From positions 37,376-101,375 of the IMG/VR virus record IMGVR_UViG_3300046542_000074: a stretch of DNA of 64,000 nucleotides. One strand, written 5' to 3'. The position numbers and the translations under genes were made by a program. The first letter of the stretch is position 1. Each line of letters begins with the position of its first letter. The stretch comes from a virus. This document shows positions 26,891 to 35,364 of this stretch, one piece after another. Under the pieces are notes generated by a model. That model had not been told where the DNA came from. It did no database searches and saw only the letters and a program-made list of their open reading frames with translations.

Positions 26891-27267
26891 GTGTGCTATC
26901 CAAATACGTCACAACAGGTCTTCTTGTTCTACTGGTGGCTTCTGTTGGCTTGAACAGTAAGTTGTACAAAGACAACATTACTCTGCATAAGAGTATGTCT
27001 GAAACGACTCTGGCTAACACAGGCTTAGTTGAACAGGTGAGCATTCTCCAACTACAAATCGACACAGAGATTCCCCAAGTGATTTACATCGCAAAGGAAG
27101 TTGACAAAGAGATTTGTGATTCAGAGAAGCTGGCAGAAGGGATACTCAGCTTACCTCCTACAAACATCGAAGGAAAACGAGAGAATGAACGGGAAAACAC
27201 CACTCAAAACGACGTTGTTGATATTGACGGTAAGTTGCCTACTGAGCTTATCAGGCTGCTCCAATAA
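26884..27267 (+). CDS. Rz-like inner membrane spanin
   Basis: N-terminal TM, coiled coil, C-terminal ID..LP.EL..LL. Confidence 0.75.
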   Translation: MLSVLSKYVTTGLLVLLVASVGLNSKLYKDNITLHKSMSETTLANTGLVEQVSILQLQIDTEIPQVIYIAKEVDKEICDSEKLAEGILSLPPTNIEGKRENERENTTQNDVVDIDGKLPTELIRLLQ

Positions 27268-27520
27268 GCCTACAGAGCCTACAATCGTCTATCAAACAAA
27301 GCAGACATACATTCCGTCTGAGTTGCTGGTGGTTGATTGTAAAGAGCAAGGTGCAGGAACAACAGTAAGGACACTAGCGCATGGCTACGTGGTTAACAGA
27401 GGATGTCTCAGGGCTTATGTTAAGCTGATTGAAGGTATTCGACAAACATATACTAAAGAAGGGATAGATAATGCCAAACACAACACCGCAAGTACCACAA
27501 GCACCAGTGACACAAGATAA
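27185..27520 (+). CDS. Rz1-like outer membrane spanin lipoprotein
   Basis: Signal peptide with lipobox LSGC from ATG 27185; overlaps Rz in another frame. Confidence 0.8.
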   Translation: MNGKTPLKTTLLILTVSCLLSLSGCSNKPTEPTIVYQTKQTYIPSELLVVDCKEQGAGTTVRTLAHGYVVNRGCLRAYVKLIEGIRQTYTKEGIDNAKHNTASTTSTSDTR

Positions 27521-27824
27521 CAAACTTCAAGCACTGATTGAGAAATTCGGAGGCTGGACTGCTGTTGCTCTTTTGAGTTTGGTTGTTTACTCCTACCAAT
27601 CTGGTCAGGCAGAGAACCAAGCCAAGTTTGATCAGATTAACGCTCGATTCACCGTAAGTGAGAAAGCTATTAATCGTCTGAGTGAGGGCAAGGCCAGCCG
27701 AGCGGAGTTGAAAGAGTTGCAAGAATCTTTCCTTCGTGAAACTGCCGGTCTTCGTCAGGATATGCGTGAGGGATTCGCTGTCATCCGAAGTGATATTGCA
27801 GCAAGGAATGGTTTTCAGAAATAA
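27471..27824 (+). CDS. Single-TM coiled-coil membrane protein (possible lysis regulator or holin)
   Basis: One TM followed by heptad-rich tail; last gene of the late operon. Confidence 0.5.
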   Translation: MPNTTPQVPQAPVTQDNKLQALIEKFGGWTAVALLSLVVYSYQSGQAENQAKFDQINARFTVSEKAINRLSEGKASRAELKELQESFLRETAGLRQDMREGFAVIRSDIAARNGFQK

Positions 27825-27860
27825 GAAAAGCCCCGGACATTACGTCGCGGGGCTTCTTTT
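27823..27860. terminator. Bidirectional terminator between convergent operons
   Basis: AAGAAAAGCCCCG...CGGGGCTTCTTTT, A tract 5' and T tract 3'. Confidence 0.85.
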
Positions 27861-27870
27861 CGTCTGCTAG

Positions 27871-28800
27871 TTACAACTGAGCAACAAATGCAGTTCGTAC
27901 CACTTGAGTTGCTTCTTTGGTGAACAGTTTGTTAATAACCTTCCACTCTTCACCAGCGGCTGTCTTGGCGTGATAACCTTCCTCACGTTCGAACTCGTCC
28001 AGTACATCTAGCATGAACTCTCCAAACAACAAACCAAATTGCTTGTTAGTAAGTTCACCAAGCTTACTCAGCACATTACTTACACGAGCTTCAGTACAAC
28101 GGGAAGTAAGAAGTTCCAGAAGCTCACCGCCCTCTTCGCTCACTTCAACTTGTGGTTTGTGGACTGGCTTATCTTTCTTCTCTTTGAAAGCAGCAGATTT
28201 ATGCTTTAAGTAGACACGCTTACCACTTCTCAAGTAAGTAGGAATCACAGGCTCAAACACAAAACCTTCAGAGCTATCACGATCACCTACAACGGCAGCC
28301 TCTTTGGATACGAACTCTGGAGACAGTTCAAGAAGCTCTTGCAGAGTACCAAACTTAATAACTGGTACAATGGGGAAGCCCGCTTGCAGTGCGAAGCTAC
28401 CAAGTGCAACATCTTTCTTCAGAACTACACCGTCGATGGTTACATCAAAAGCTGCAAACCGTTTCTCACCGTAAAAGATTCCGGGTGAAACCTTACCACC
28501 AATGAGCTCACCGTAAACAACCACAACACTGTTTGGGTAATGTTCTTCACAGAACTCAGCAAAGTTGGCAGAGTGTTTGTTGATTACATTAGTGCAAGAG
28601 TAAAAGCTGCCATCAACAAAGTCGGAGCGGTTGGCTACACGAACACCATTCACCTTATCCCACCAGAAGCTGAAGTTGGCACCATGAAGTTTCTCAGTGG
28701 CAATCCACTCTTCCTTATAGCAAGGTTCGAATGCGATCATCTCAAGGAACTTCTTGTTGTAGGTGTTCTCTAGCGAGTTGAACTTACGGAACTCGGTCAT
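27871..28800 (-). CDS. RNA ligase, Rnl2 family
   Basis: Motif I EKLHGANF, GEL.G, AFDV, EGFV, K.K...FKE. Confidence 0.92.
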   Translation of the reverse strand: MTEFRKFNSLENTYNKKFLEMIAFEPCYKEEWIATEKLHGANFSFWWDKVNGVRVANRSDFVDGSFYSCTNVINKHSANFAEFCEEHYPNSVVVVYGELIGGKVSPGIFYGEKRFAAFDVTIDGVVLKKDVALGSFALQAGFPIVPVIKFGTLQELLELSPEFVSKEAAVVGDRDSSEGFVFEPVIPTYLRSGKRVYLKHKSAAFKEKKDKPVHKPQVEVSEEGGELLELLTSRCTEARVSNVLSKLGELTNKQFGLLFGEFMLDVLDEFEREEGYHAKTAAGEEWKVINKLFTKEATQVVRTAFVAQL

Positions 28801-29411
28801 TTCTTTTCTCCTTTAACTTCAGGCGTTAGTGCCTTATTCTCAACTTTCAGTAGAAAAGCAGAAGCCAGTCGTTCACAATTAATGAACTGAAGCAACTGCT
28901 TACTAGTCTTTATCCGTGCGTCCAGCCACGCTGTATGCGCTGCCTCGGGTGTAGTAAAGTATCCCAAGTGTGTACGCTTACCGTCGATATCATTGCTTTG
29001 TGCGACATATCGCCCTTTCTTCTCATGAACACCTGTCGGCAGAGTAGAACTCTTCGACTTTCTGTGAGTCAGGAACCGATTTATCCGAGTATGCACGAAA
29101 ACACAATGGTCTGGTGAGTATATCTGCCCAGTCCCTAGGATATCTTTATCTAAATCCTTCCCTTCCCAACTTTGTGCCTCCATCCAAGTCTTGAATACAG
29201 AGAAGGTGTGCCACTCTTCGGCAACTAATACGCCTCGATAGGTTGGGTGCTTATCTTGAAACTTCTCAGAATAGCACCGCTGTATCATCCCCTTCCAGAT
29301 CGAAAAGAAGGGGCAGATCCACAAGAGCTTCTTTTCACTAGTGTTGATCTGCACTACATAGCCAGCATCATTTATGCCGACCCCATAAATCAGACTACGC
29401 CTACTTCCCAT
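28797..29411 (-). CDS. Putative free-standing homing endonuclease with AP2-like C-terminus
   Basis: W.GM.QRCY, LDKDIL..YSP..CVF and HLGYF.TPE.AH motifs. Confidence 0.75.
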   Translation of the reverse strand: MGSRRSLIYGVGINDAGYVVQINTSEKKLLWICPFFSIWKGMIQRCYSEKFQDKHPTYRGVLVAEEWHTFSVFKTWMEAQSWEGKDLDKDILGTGQIYSPDHCVFVHTRINRFLTHRKSKSSTLPTGVHEKKGRYVAQSNDIDGKRTHLGYFTTPEAAHTAWLDARIKTSKQLLQFINCERLASAFLLKVENKALTPEVKGEKK

Positions 29412-29838
29412 CCGCGATCTTCTCTACCTTTTTCTGTGGGATTAATTTCGGTTCATCCAGAGCTTCACTTATTTTTTGTTCCAGCAGGTCAACGGCCTTG
29501 CCACCAATACGCTTGCCAGTTTCACTTGTTACAGCTTGGTAGGTAACACCAGCACCGACAATGATTGCCAAGTTCTTTTGGTCAGGAATCAGTTTACTTG
29601 CGCCAACCAAAACAACTCCGACAACAACAAATACAATACCCCATTTTCGTGCCTTCTTGATTACGGGGTTTTCCATTCCCTCTTGGAAGTCCTCAAGGTC
29701 GGTTGAGTTAAACGCTGCAATGAGTGTAGGGATAGCTAGCAGAAGAAATCCGATAAAGATCATAAATCCCATATCATCAAGCACGCCAGAAATTGCCTCA
29801 CACATCACCATCAAGTAAATCAAGAAAAATTCCATCAT
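29401..29838 (-). CDS. Membrane protein, unknown function
   Basis: Multiple hydrophobic segments; coupled overlaps with neighbours. Confidence 0.65.
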   Translation of the reverse strand: MMEFFLIYLMVMCEAISGVLDDMGFMIFIGFLLLAIPTLIAAFNSTDLEDFQEGMENPVIKKARKWGIVFVVVGVVLVGASKLIPDQKNLAIIVGAGVTYQAVTSETGKRIGGKAVDLLEQKISEALDEPKLIPQKKVEKIADGK

Positions 29839-30167
29839 TTGTTCTCCACTTGTTTAATACGTTCAAAGAAAGTTTCACACATCTTTTGTACACTTCGTTC
29901 TACTTCAGAACAGAAGTTGATACTTGGGCCTGCCTCACGGCAAGAAGGGTAGTCCACTGTACCATCCTCGGAACAAATCTGAAGAACGTTCTCTACCAGT
30001 TCCTCAAACAATCCCTTCCGTTCTTCTCGCTTGTTAATCTCTTCCAACGAGACGTTATAGAACGACCAATTCTCTACACCGTGTACAACTAGACAACGGT
30101 ACTTCTCAGCTTCTAGTTTGAGTCGTGCAAGTTCCTTTACACAGATACTGGTACTCACAATTGTCAT
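29835..30167 (-). CDS. Hypothetical protein
   Basis: GVENW..Y motif common in phage proteins; operon context. Confidence 0.65.
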   Translation of the reverse strand: MTIVSTSICVKELARLKLEAEKYRCLVVHGVENWSFYNVSLEEINKREERKGLFEELVENVLQICSEDGTVDYPSCREAGPSINFCSEVERSVQKMCETFFERIKQVENK

Positions 30168-30301
30168 TGTTCGCTCAACCGTTTCAATGCTTTACGGTAG
30201 TCCTTAACTGCCTCATCAGCAGTAGCCACGATGAAACTCTTCCCTGCACGCACACAGGCAACATATACCTCCATCCACAATTGACGCTCATCAGTATTCA
30301 T
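30164..30301 (-). CDS. Small hypothetical protein (45 aa, not in ORF track)
   Basis: MNTDERQLWMEVY...; GGAG RBS; fills the gap in the operon. Confidence 0.55.
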   Translation of the reverse strand: MNTDERQLWMEVYVACVRAGKSFIVATADEAVKDYRKALKRLSEQ

Positions 30302-30524
30302 TTCTTTTCTCCCGAATAATTTTAAATGCTTCAACTTTAGTGAAGTCTGGAATCATCTCAGCGTTGTACAGAATACGCCAAGACCCGTCTGGTAGTTGAT
30401 CAAAATGGATGAATTTAGGCCCAACCTTAATAGCAGCAGCCTTTGTAACCTCCAAGGTGATGTCACACCCTACTACCTCAATTGCGCGTCTTTCAGTGCT
30501 AGCAGCAGTACTCGATTTACCCAT
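30291..30524 (-). CDS. Hypothetical protein
   Basis: AAGGAGG RBS; operon context. Confidence 0.65.
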   Translation of the reverse strand: MGKSSTAASTERRAIEVVGCDITLEVTKAAAIKVGPKFIHFDQLPDGSWRILYNAEMIPDFTKVEAFKIIREKRNEY

Positions 30525-30526
30525 AC

Positions 30527-30946
30527 TTACAAACCCTCCTTACGCATCTTTTGAAGTAGCTCTTTAGCCGAGGCGAGTAGTGTATCATCAGCACCGTAAA
30601 CTACAAGCATTGTTAGCAAGTCTTTCATTTCTTTCTGGTAATTTGACACAACAGCTTTTCTCACAACGTGCTCAGGATAAATACCACTGATTGGCGGAAT
30701 ATCTAAGGTTTCACCTACCCGATATATCACAAAGGCGAATCCATCTGCTCCGGGAAGGACCTGAACCAGACCATCTTTATGCACTTGAGAGCGAACGAAT
30801 TGAGCAACCTCTGCTGCTCTATCAGAGGAAACTCCAATATTCACCAGTTCACGGTACAATGCTTGAGGACTTACAGCCTCCACTACAGGTACTACGCTAC
30901 CAATATACTTACTTACCATCAAACACTCCCTCCACATACTTTCCAC
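30527..30946 (-). CDS. Hypothetical protein (start may be ~30919)
   Basis: Operon context. Confidence 0.55.
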   Translation of the reverse strand: MESMWRECLMVSKYIGSVVPVVEAVSPQALYRELVNIGVSSDRAAEVAQFVRSQVHKDGLVQVLPGADGFAFVIYRVGETLDIPPISGIYPEHVVRKAVVSNYQKEMKDLLTMLVVYGADDTLLASAKELLQKMRKEGL

Positions 30947-31134
30947 AAATGATGGTCACGAGACAAGCCTTCCATCTCCAGACGTTTGTTAATACGGAGT
31001 TGAATCAAATCATCCGCATTCTGTTCACCCATGTTCTTGCGAACAATGTCTTGACAATCCCAATGGCATTTAAGAAGGCCATTGAGCGCTTGACCATCTT
31101 TCATGGGTTTGTTACAGCCGGGGCAAGTACTCAT
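30919..31134 (-). CDS. Small Cys-rich, putative zinc-binding protein
   Basis: CPGC...CHWDC. Confidence 0.55.
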   Translation of the reverse strand: MSTCPGCNKPMKDGQALNGLLKCHWDCQDIVRKNMGEQNADDLIQLRINKRLEMEGLSRDHHLWKVCGGSV

Positions 31135-31232
31135 TAGTTGACCACCATCACGACAGAGACGATTGCCACAACAACAATCCCAACAGTTTGAAGTGCTTCA
31201 CAAAACATATAAAACTCCTGCATCAGTTACTC

Positions 31233-31535
31233 CTATTTGAAAATGAAATAAGGTTCGGAATCATCGTAGTACGGTGGTTTGTGGTATTCCACAGTCCATC
31301 CTGCCTTACGGTAATAATCCTCCACATCAAGCAAGTTGGTAGCAAACACTTCCCGACGGTTTGTGTTAGGGTTAAGTTCAAGGATACGATCCATCACTTG
31401 ATTCTGACCAACACGGTTTGTGTGTTTGATCCTTGATTCCCGGATGCACTCATTGAATGCTTGGATAATGTAGTCAGGGAACTCACGACTTTCTATGGCT
31501 TCATTCAGTTGTTCTTTAGTGATGGCTTGCATCAA
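31233..31535 (-). CDS. Hypothetical protein
   Basis: LDVED.YR.AGW.V.Y.KP conserved-looking motif; AAGGAG RBS. Confidence 0.7.
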   Translation of the reverse strand: MMQAITKEQLNEAIESREFPDYIIQAFNECIRESRIKHTNRVGQNQVMDRILELNPNTNRREVFATNLLDVEDYYRKAGWTVEYHKPPYYDDSEPYFIFK

Positions 31536-31873
31536 TTACTCCTTGCACAAATGGCTTCAGTACCAACAAGCTTGCTGAAATAGCGCTTGCTCTCAGGGTA
31601 GACGTATTGTACTTCAACTACATCCCAACGACTACCGATTTTTATATTCTTTGCCTTAGTCTTTGAACAACTCAAACGTTGGTCACGGTAGACATAGCCA
31701 CCCTTGACTTCACGCAAGTCTACTTTACTGTTGGACTTTGAGTTTAGCTTGACAGAAACAACTTCCATCAGGATGCGTTTCTCACTGACAACTTGTGGTT
31801 GTTCACAGCCTGTCAACAGGAGTGAGGCCAGCAGGATGACGCTTAGTTTAGTTTTCATTCTGACAGGTTCCAT
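31532..31873 (-). CDS. Putative lipoprotein
   Basis: MKTKLSVILLASLLLTGC lipobox. Confidence 0.7.
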   Translation of the reverse strand: MEPVRMKTKLSVILLASLLLTGCEQPQVVSEKRILMEVVSVKLNSKSNSKVDLREVKGGYVYRDQRLSCSKTKAKNIKIGSRWDVVEVQYVYPESKRYFSKLVGTEAICARSN

Positions 31874-32070
31874 TCAAACACTTCATCCTTGAGGATAGAA
31901 GCCGCTGACACAAAGATATGAGTAACATCCCACATCTCATTATGGAAAACTTGACCTGCTTGGAATACAGCATGAACAAGGTTGTCGCCCACGACTTGGT
32001 ATTCTCGTGTCTTCATTTCTTTTGTATCACAGTGCTGTCTTGTGCAGGTTACATCATAGATGTTTTTCAT
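31855..32070 (-). CDS. Hypothetical protein, first gene of the leftward operon
   Basis: AGGAG RBS downstream of the leftward promoter. Confidence 0.65.
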   Translation of the reverse strand: MKNIYDVTCTRQHCDTKEMKTREYQVVGDNLVHAVFQAGQVFHNEMWDVTHIFVSAASILKDEVFEWNLSE

Positions 32071-32106
32071 TTCAGCTCTCCTAGTGGTTCGTTTCTGATG
32101 GCGGCA

Positions 32107-32135
32107 AGGTTACAGACCACCATTCGTCGTGTCAA
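32107..32135 (-). promoter_or_regulatory. Leftward sigma70 promoter
   Basis: TTGACA-17-TAACCT on the minus strand. Confidence 0.75.
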
Positions 32136-32177
32136 CAGTTATTTTGCAAAAGATTTACACACAGGTTGGCACGAATG

Positions 32178-32206
32178 TTGACATGGCTTGCCTGAGTCTG
32201 TACAAT
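32178..32206 (+). promoter_or_regulatory. Rightward near-consensus sigma70 promoter
   Basis: TTGACA-17-TACAAT. Confidence 0.85.
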
Positions 32207-32212
32207 GGGTGC

Positions 32213-32620
32213 ATGTGGTAGGGAAAGCTTACCTCGGAATGAGAGTTTTACGTTATCACTCGGGTTGCTCATTCTTAAAGCGCATTAACGGCAGCGGGCG
32301 CAACGTGTGGAAGTGGATCTTAAATGGTTCTGGTGTGACACGGCGGTCTGTCCTCAACGACAGAAACACACCACGGGAAAGACTTGTTGTGAAAGTTGAT
32401 CCTACTCTGCACATCTCTTCTATATAGATGTGTGTCTCGCTCAGCGGGAGAATATTGCGGCTCGGGGGTGATGTATCCTTGAGGGTGAATTCACGAGGAC
32501 TCTCCTATAGTTCTTCTTAGGTGTCTTTATGGCATATGGGGAGCTATAGGGGAAGTCTACTCAGAATTTGCTCTCAAGGGTGATATAAGAGATAGGGTCT
32601 ATAGAACAGACCAACATGAT
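32213..32620 (+). ncRNA. Putative ~400 nt structured non-coding RNA of unknown class (ends approximate)
   Basis: Own promoter, no credible ORF, tandem hairpins and a ~107 nt rod with 10 G-U pairs on this strand. Confidence 0.65.
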
Positions 32621-32654
32621 AGAAACAATCAATCAAGAAATATCAAATAAACAC

Positions 32655-32683
32655 TTGCACTGCCAGATTCATCACGCTAGTAT
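32655..32683 (+). promoter_or_regulatory. Sigma70 promoter with A-rich upstream element
   Basis: TTGCAC-17-TAGTAT. Confidence 0.65.
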
Positions 32684-32842
32684 TCATCTCAAGCAGCCAA
32701 ACATGCTGCAAAGGAAAGACAACAGCGTTGCTAGGGTAGCTTCTCAGGAAGCAAGGAAAGAAGTCAGGAACGCTAGGCACTTGTCTACATAGACACGTAC
32801 AAATGTCCTAAACAACTTTACGAACATCCCAAGGTGAATCTG

Positions 32843-33106
32843 ATGAACACTGAACAAACTGTAAACACCACTGCAAGCCGTCCACGTACCACTCGTTCGG
32901 TTAAGAACCGTACCACTGTCAAAGGTAAATTCAGCACAGTGTCTGGTACTACTGTACGGCATGTATACACCACCGATGGTCAACTGTTGGGCTTCATTCG
33001 TAAGCAAGCAGATGGAACCTACGAAGTACACCGTACCACTGACAACAAACGTCGAGTGAAACCTACATTGGATCAGGCTTTTGCCACCATTGCAAGGGCG
33101 AACTGA
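32843..33106 (+). CDS. Small basic early protein
   Basis: Arg/Lys/Thr-rich; AAGGTG SD; own promoter and terminator. Confidence 0.7.
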   Translation: MNTEQTVNTTASRPRTTRSVKNRTTVKGKFSTVSGTTVRHVYTTDGQLLGFIRKQADGTYEVHRTTDNKRRVKPTLDQAFATIARAN

Positions 33107-33124
33107 CCAAACCCGATGTACCCC

Positions 33125-33152
33125 AAGCCCTCCCTAACCGGAGGGCTTTTTC
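33125..33152 (+). terminator. Intrinsic terminator
   Basis: AAGCCCTCC-ctaacc-GGAGGGCTTTTT. Confidence 0.9.
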
Positions 33153-33202
33153 ATGCCTGTAGATAAGTTCAAAAAGAAATGAATTATTTTTCATAAAGGC
33201 TA

Positions 33203-33231
33203 TTGCTAAAGGATTGGATCACATCTATGAT
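33203..33231 (+). promoter_or_regulatory. Sigma70 promoter
   Basis: TTGCTA-17-TATGAT with AT-rich upstream region. Confidence 0.65.
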
Positions 33232-33302
33232 GCACCCACACAACGAAGACACCGGGAGTCACGGGGAGTGATTCCCACCAACCATAGCCACTAGGAGAAA
33301 TA

Positions 33303-33554
33303 ATGAACTGTTCACAAGCGATGTTGTCTGCAATTGGTGAAGCTTCCGTAGCACAGAACATGATTCTGGAGGCGCTTGTAGAGATTGATGACATTCGCTT
33401 GACAGATGCACAGAAAATCAAGGCTCGTGTCTATCGTGCCAAAGGTTGGGAAGTGTACATCGAAAGCAAGAATGACCGTCACATGGCAGTGTTGGTAGAA
33501 TGGGAAAACAATGGTTTCAAGGTAATTGATGAGCTTGGAACTGACATTGCTTGA
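33303..33554 (+). CDS. Hypothetical protein
   Basis: AGGAG RBS. Confidence 0.7.
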   Translation: MNCSQAMLSAIGEASVAQNMILEALVEIDDIRLTDAQKIKARVYRAKGWEVYIESKNDRHMAVLVEWENNGFKVIDELGTDIA

Positions 33555-33578
33555 CATAGCGTAAAGATCCTGTAGACT
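33551..33578 (+). promoter_or_regulatory. Possible sigma70 promoter
   Basis: TTGACA-16-TAGACT. Confidence 0.5.
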
Positions 33579-33635
33579 GCTAGGCACAAGGGGAGGGTGA
33601 TAACACCTTCTCCACAACATACAAAAGGAGAAGAA

Positions 33636-33950
33636 ATGAGCACTGTATCTGTCAAACCAAGTGAAGTTATCCGTATGGCCTTGAGTGATCCATCCTACCT
33701 TGATGGGCAGAATTGGTTCTGTTCTGTGGTGTGTGATTTACAAGAAGCTGGTAAGTTTTCTGAAAACGAGCACCAAGATACAAGCGATGAGATTTACCTG
33801 TCCCTTGGCAGTTCGGCGTTGCTTCGCCGGAAGTTGATTAATGAAGGAATAATCACAGGCAACACTAAATACTACAGCGAAGAGTACAAAGTGGCAGCAC
33901 ATGCCCACTGGAATGCACTTATTCTGAAACTTGAACAGGAGGGTAAATAA
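33636..33950 (+). CDS. Hypothetical protein (likely paralog of 56589..56867)
   Basis: AAGGAG RBS favours the MSTVSVK start. Confidence 0.7.
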   Translation: MSTVSVKPSEVIRMALSDPSYLDGQNWFCSVVCDLQEAGKFSENEHQDTSDEIYLSLGSSALLRRKLINEGIITGNTKYYSEEYKVAAHAHWNALILKLEQEGK

Positions 33951-34924
33951 TGAAGTTGGTAGAACTGTTGGCAGCACATCTGACAGTGTGGCCGAATGAG
34001 TACCGTGACCGAGGTGAAACAGAAGCGATGACACAGGACGAAAACAAATGTCTGAGCACCTTGGATGGTGGTAAGGAAGCTGATGTTAGCCAGTTCCGTA
34101 GTGAGGGTGGAATTGGTGACGGTGTTTGGGCTGGGAGCCATTGGACTCATGCCGGTATCAGCGCTCCTAGTGAATTGGCAGAAGACTACAAGACAGCAAT
34201 CGTAACTAAAGAAATGTGGGAAGCTGAGAAAAATAAAACAAAAGGGCAAGTGAACGAACAGGCCCAAGAGCCACAATGGAAACGTCATCGTGGTGGTAAA
34301 CAACCTGTTGCTGATGGTGTTATGGTTGAGGTTAAGTTTCGTTGTGGTGAGACTAATACGGGAATTCTTGGGGATAGCCCAATCGCTGATTGGTCACACA
34401 CAAATCACAGTTACGACATCATGCAATACCGTGTTGTTGACCAACCAGAAGAACAAACCAAAGAACAACCTCAAACTAAACAGGAGAATGAAATGCCAAC
34501 CGTAGCAGAACTCAAAGTCAACGTGGACGTAGTTGTAGGCTTCAACCCAATGTTCGCTCGTGACCGTATCCGTGCAATCAACAGTCAGTTTGAAGTACTT
34601 ACCGCCGAGCGTGCAGCATTGATTCAGGCTCTGGCTGATGAGGGTTTCACTCTTGTTTCTGAGACGGCTATTGACCCTCTGTTGATGCCAGTCGTGGAAG
34701 GTAAGGTACAACCTAAACAGCCACGAGAGTTTCAAGTTGGTGATAGCGTGCGGTTGTTCCGAGAAGTTAATAGCAGTACCTGTATGGAAGTTGGCGAAGT
34801 TGGAACCATCACTGGACTGTGCCTTTCCGATGAAACAGCTATGGTTATCAAGGATAATGATAGCTACGAATACTGGCCTAGCGTAAAAGACCTTGAACTG
34901 GTTAAAGCAGTAGAGGATAAATAA
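33950..34924 (+). CDS. Multi-domain hypothetical protein
   Basis: Mosaic of common phage domains (W..H.GG..PV..VEV..R.G..W; C-terminal FQVGD.V SH3-like). Confidence 0.7.
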   Translation: MKLVELLAAHLTVWPNEYRDRGETEAMTQDENKCLSTLDGGKEADVSQFRSEGGIGDGVWAGSHWTHAGISAPSELAEDYKTAIVTKEMWEAEKNKTKGQVNEQAQEPQWKRHRGGKQPVADGVMVEVKFRCGETNTGILGDSPIADWSHTNHSYDIMQYRVVDQPEEQTKEQPQTKQENEMPTVAELKVNVDVVVGFNPMFARDRIRAINSQFEVLTAERAALIQALADEGFTLVSETAIDPLLMPVVEGKVQPKQPREFQVGDSVRLFREVNSSTCMEVGEVGTITGLCLSDETAMVIKDNDSYEYWPSVKDLELVKAVEDK

Positions 34925-35364
34925 TGGAGATTGATATCTCTGAGTACTTGTCTCAAAGTGAGATGAAACTCATCGCTGAAACAGAATGGCGAAGGATGTG
35001 TGGTGCGAAGTTTCTTTCAGATAGTGAGCGAATCTTTTCCAACGCTGCTTATGCCTCTGTCCAAAAGATGGTCGATGAGCAAATGGGCGGAAAGCTTGAA
35101 GAGATTATCCGTGACAAGGTGATAGTGATCCTAAACAAGATGTCTGATTTCAACGTCTTCAAGAAAGCAGATGCTTGGGACAGGGATGAGTCGAAGGGCT
35201 GGACATACCTTCAACAAGCAGTAGAGGACAATAAGCACTTGATTAATGATAGAGTAAGGCGTATCATTAGTTCTGTTGATGAAGGATACATTCGTGGAAA
35301 ACTTGAAGACTTAATGTATCAAGTTATCGAAGATCGATTAATTGGAAAGAAACAAGATGACTGA
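34924..35364 (+). CDS. Hypothetical protein
   Basis: GAGG RBS, operon context. Confidence 0.7.
   Translation: MEIDISEYLSQSEMKLIAETEWRRMCGAKFLSDSERIFSNAAYASVQKMVDEQMGGKLEEIIRDKVIVILNKMSDFNVFKKADAWDRDESKGWTYLQQAVEDNKHLINDRVRRIISSVDEGYIRGKLEDLMYQVIEDRLIGKKQDD

Noticed and set aside
32188-32427. 79 aa ORF within the structured region
   Set aside because: Its TTG start lies inside the promoter spacer, upstream of the predicted TSS; no SD; composition unlike the phage genes.
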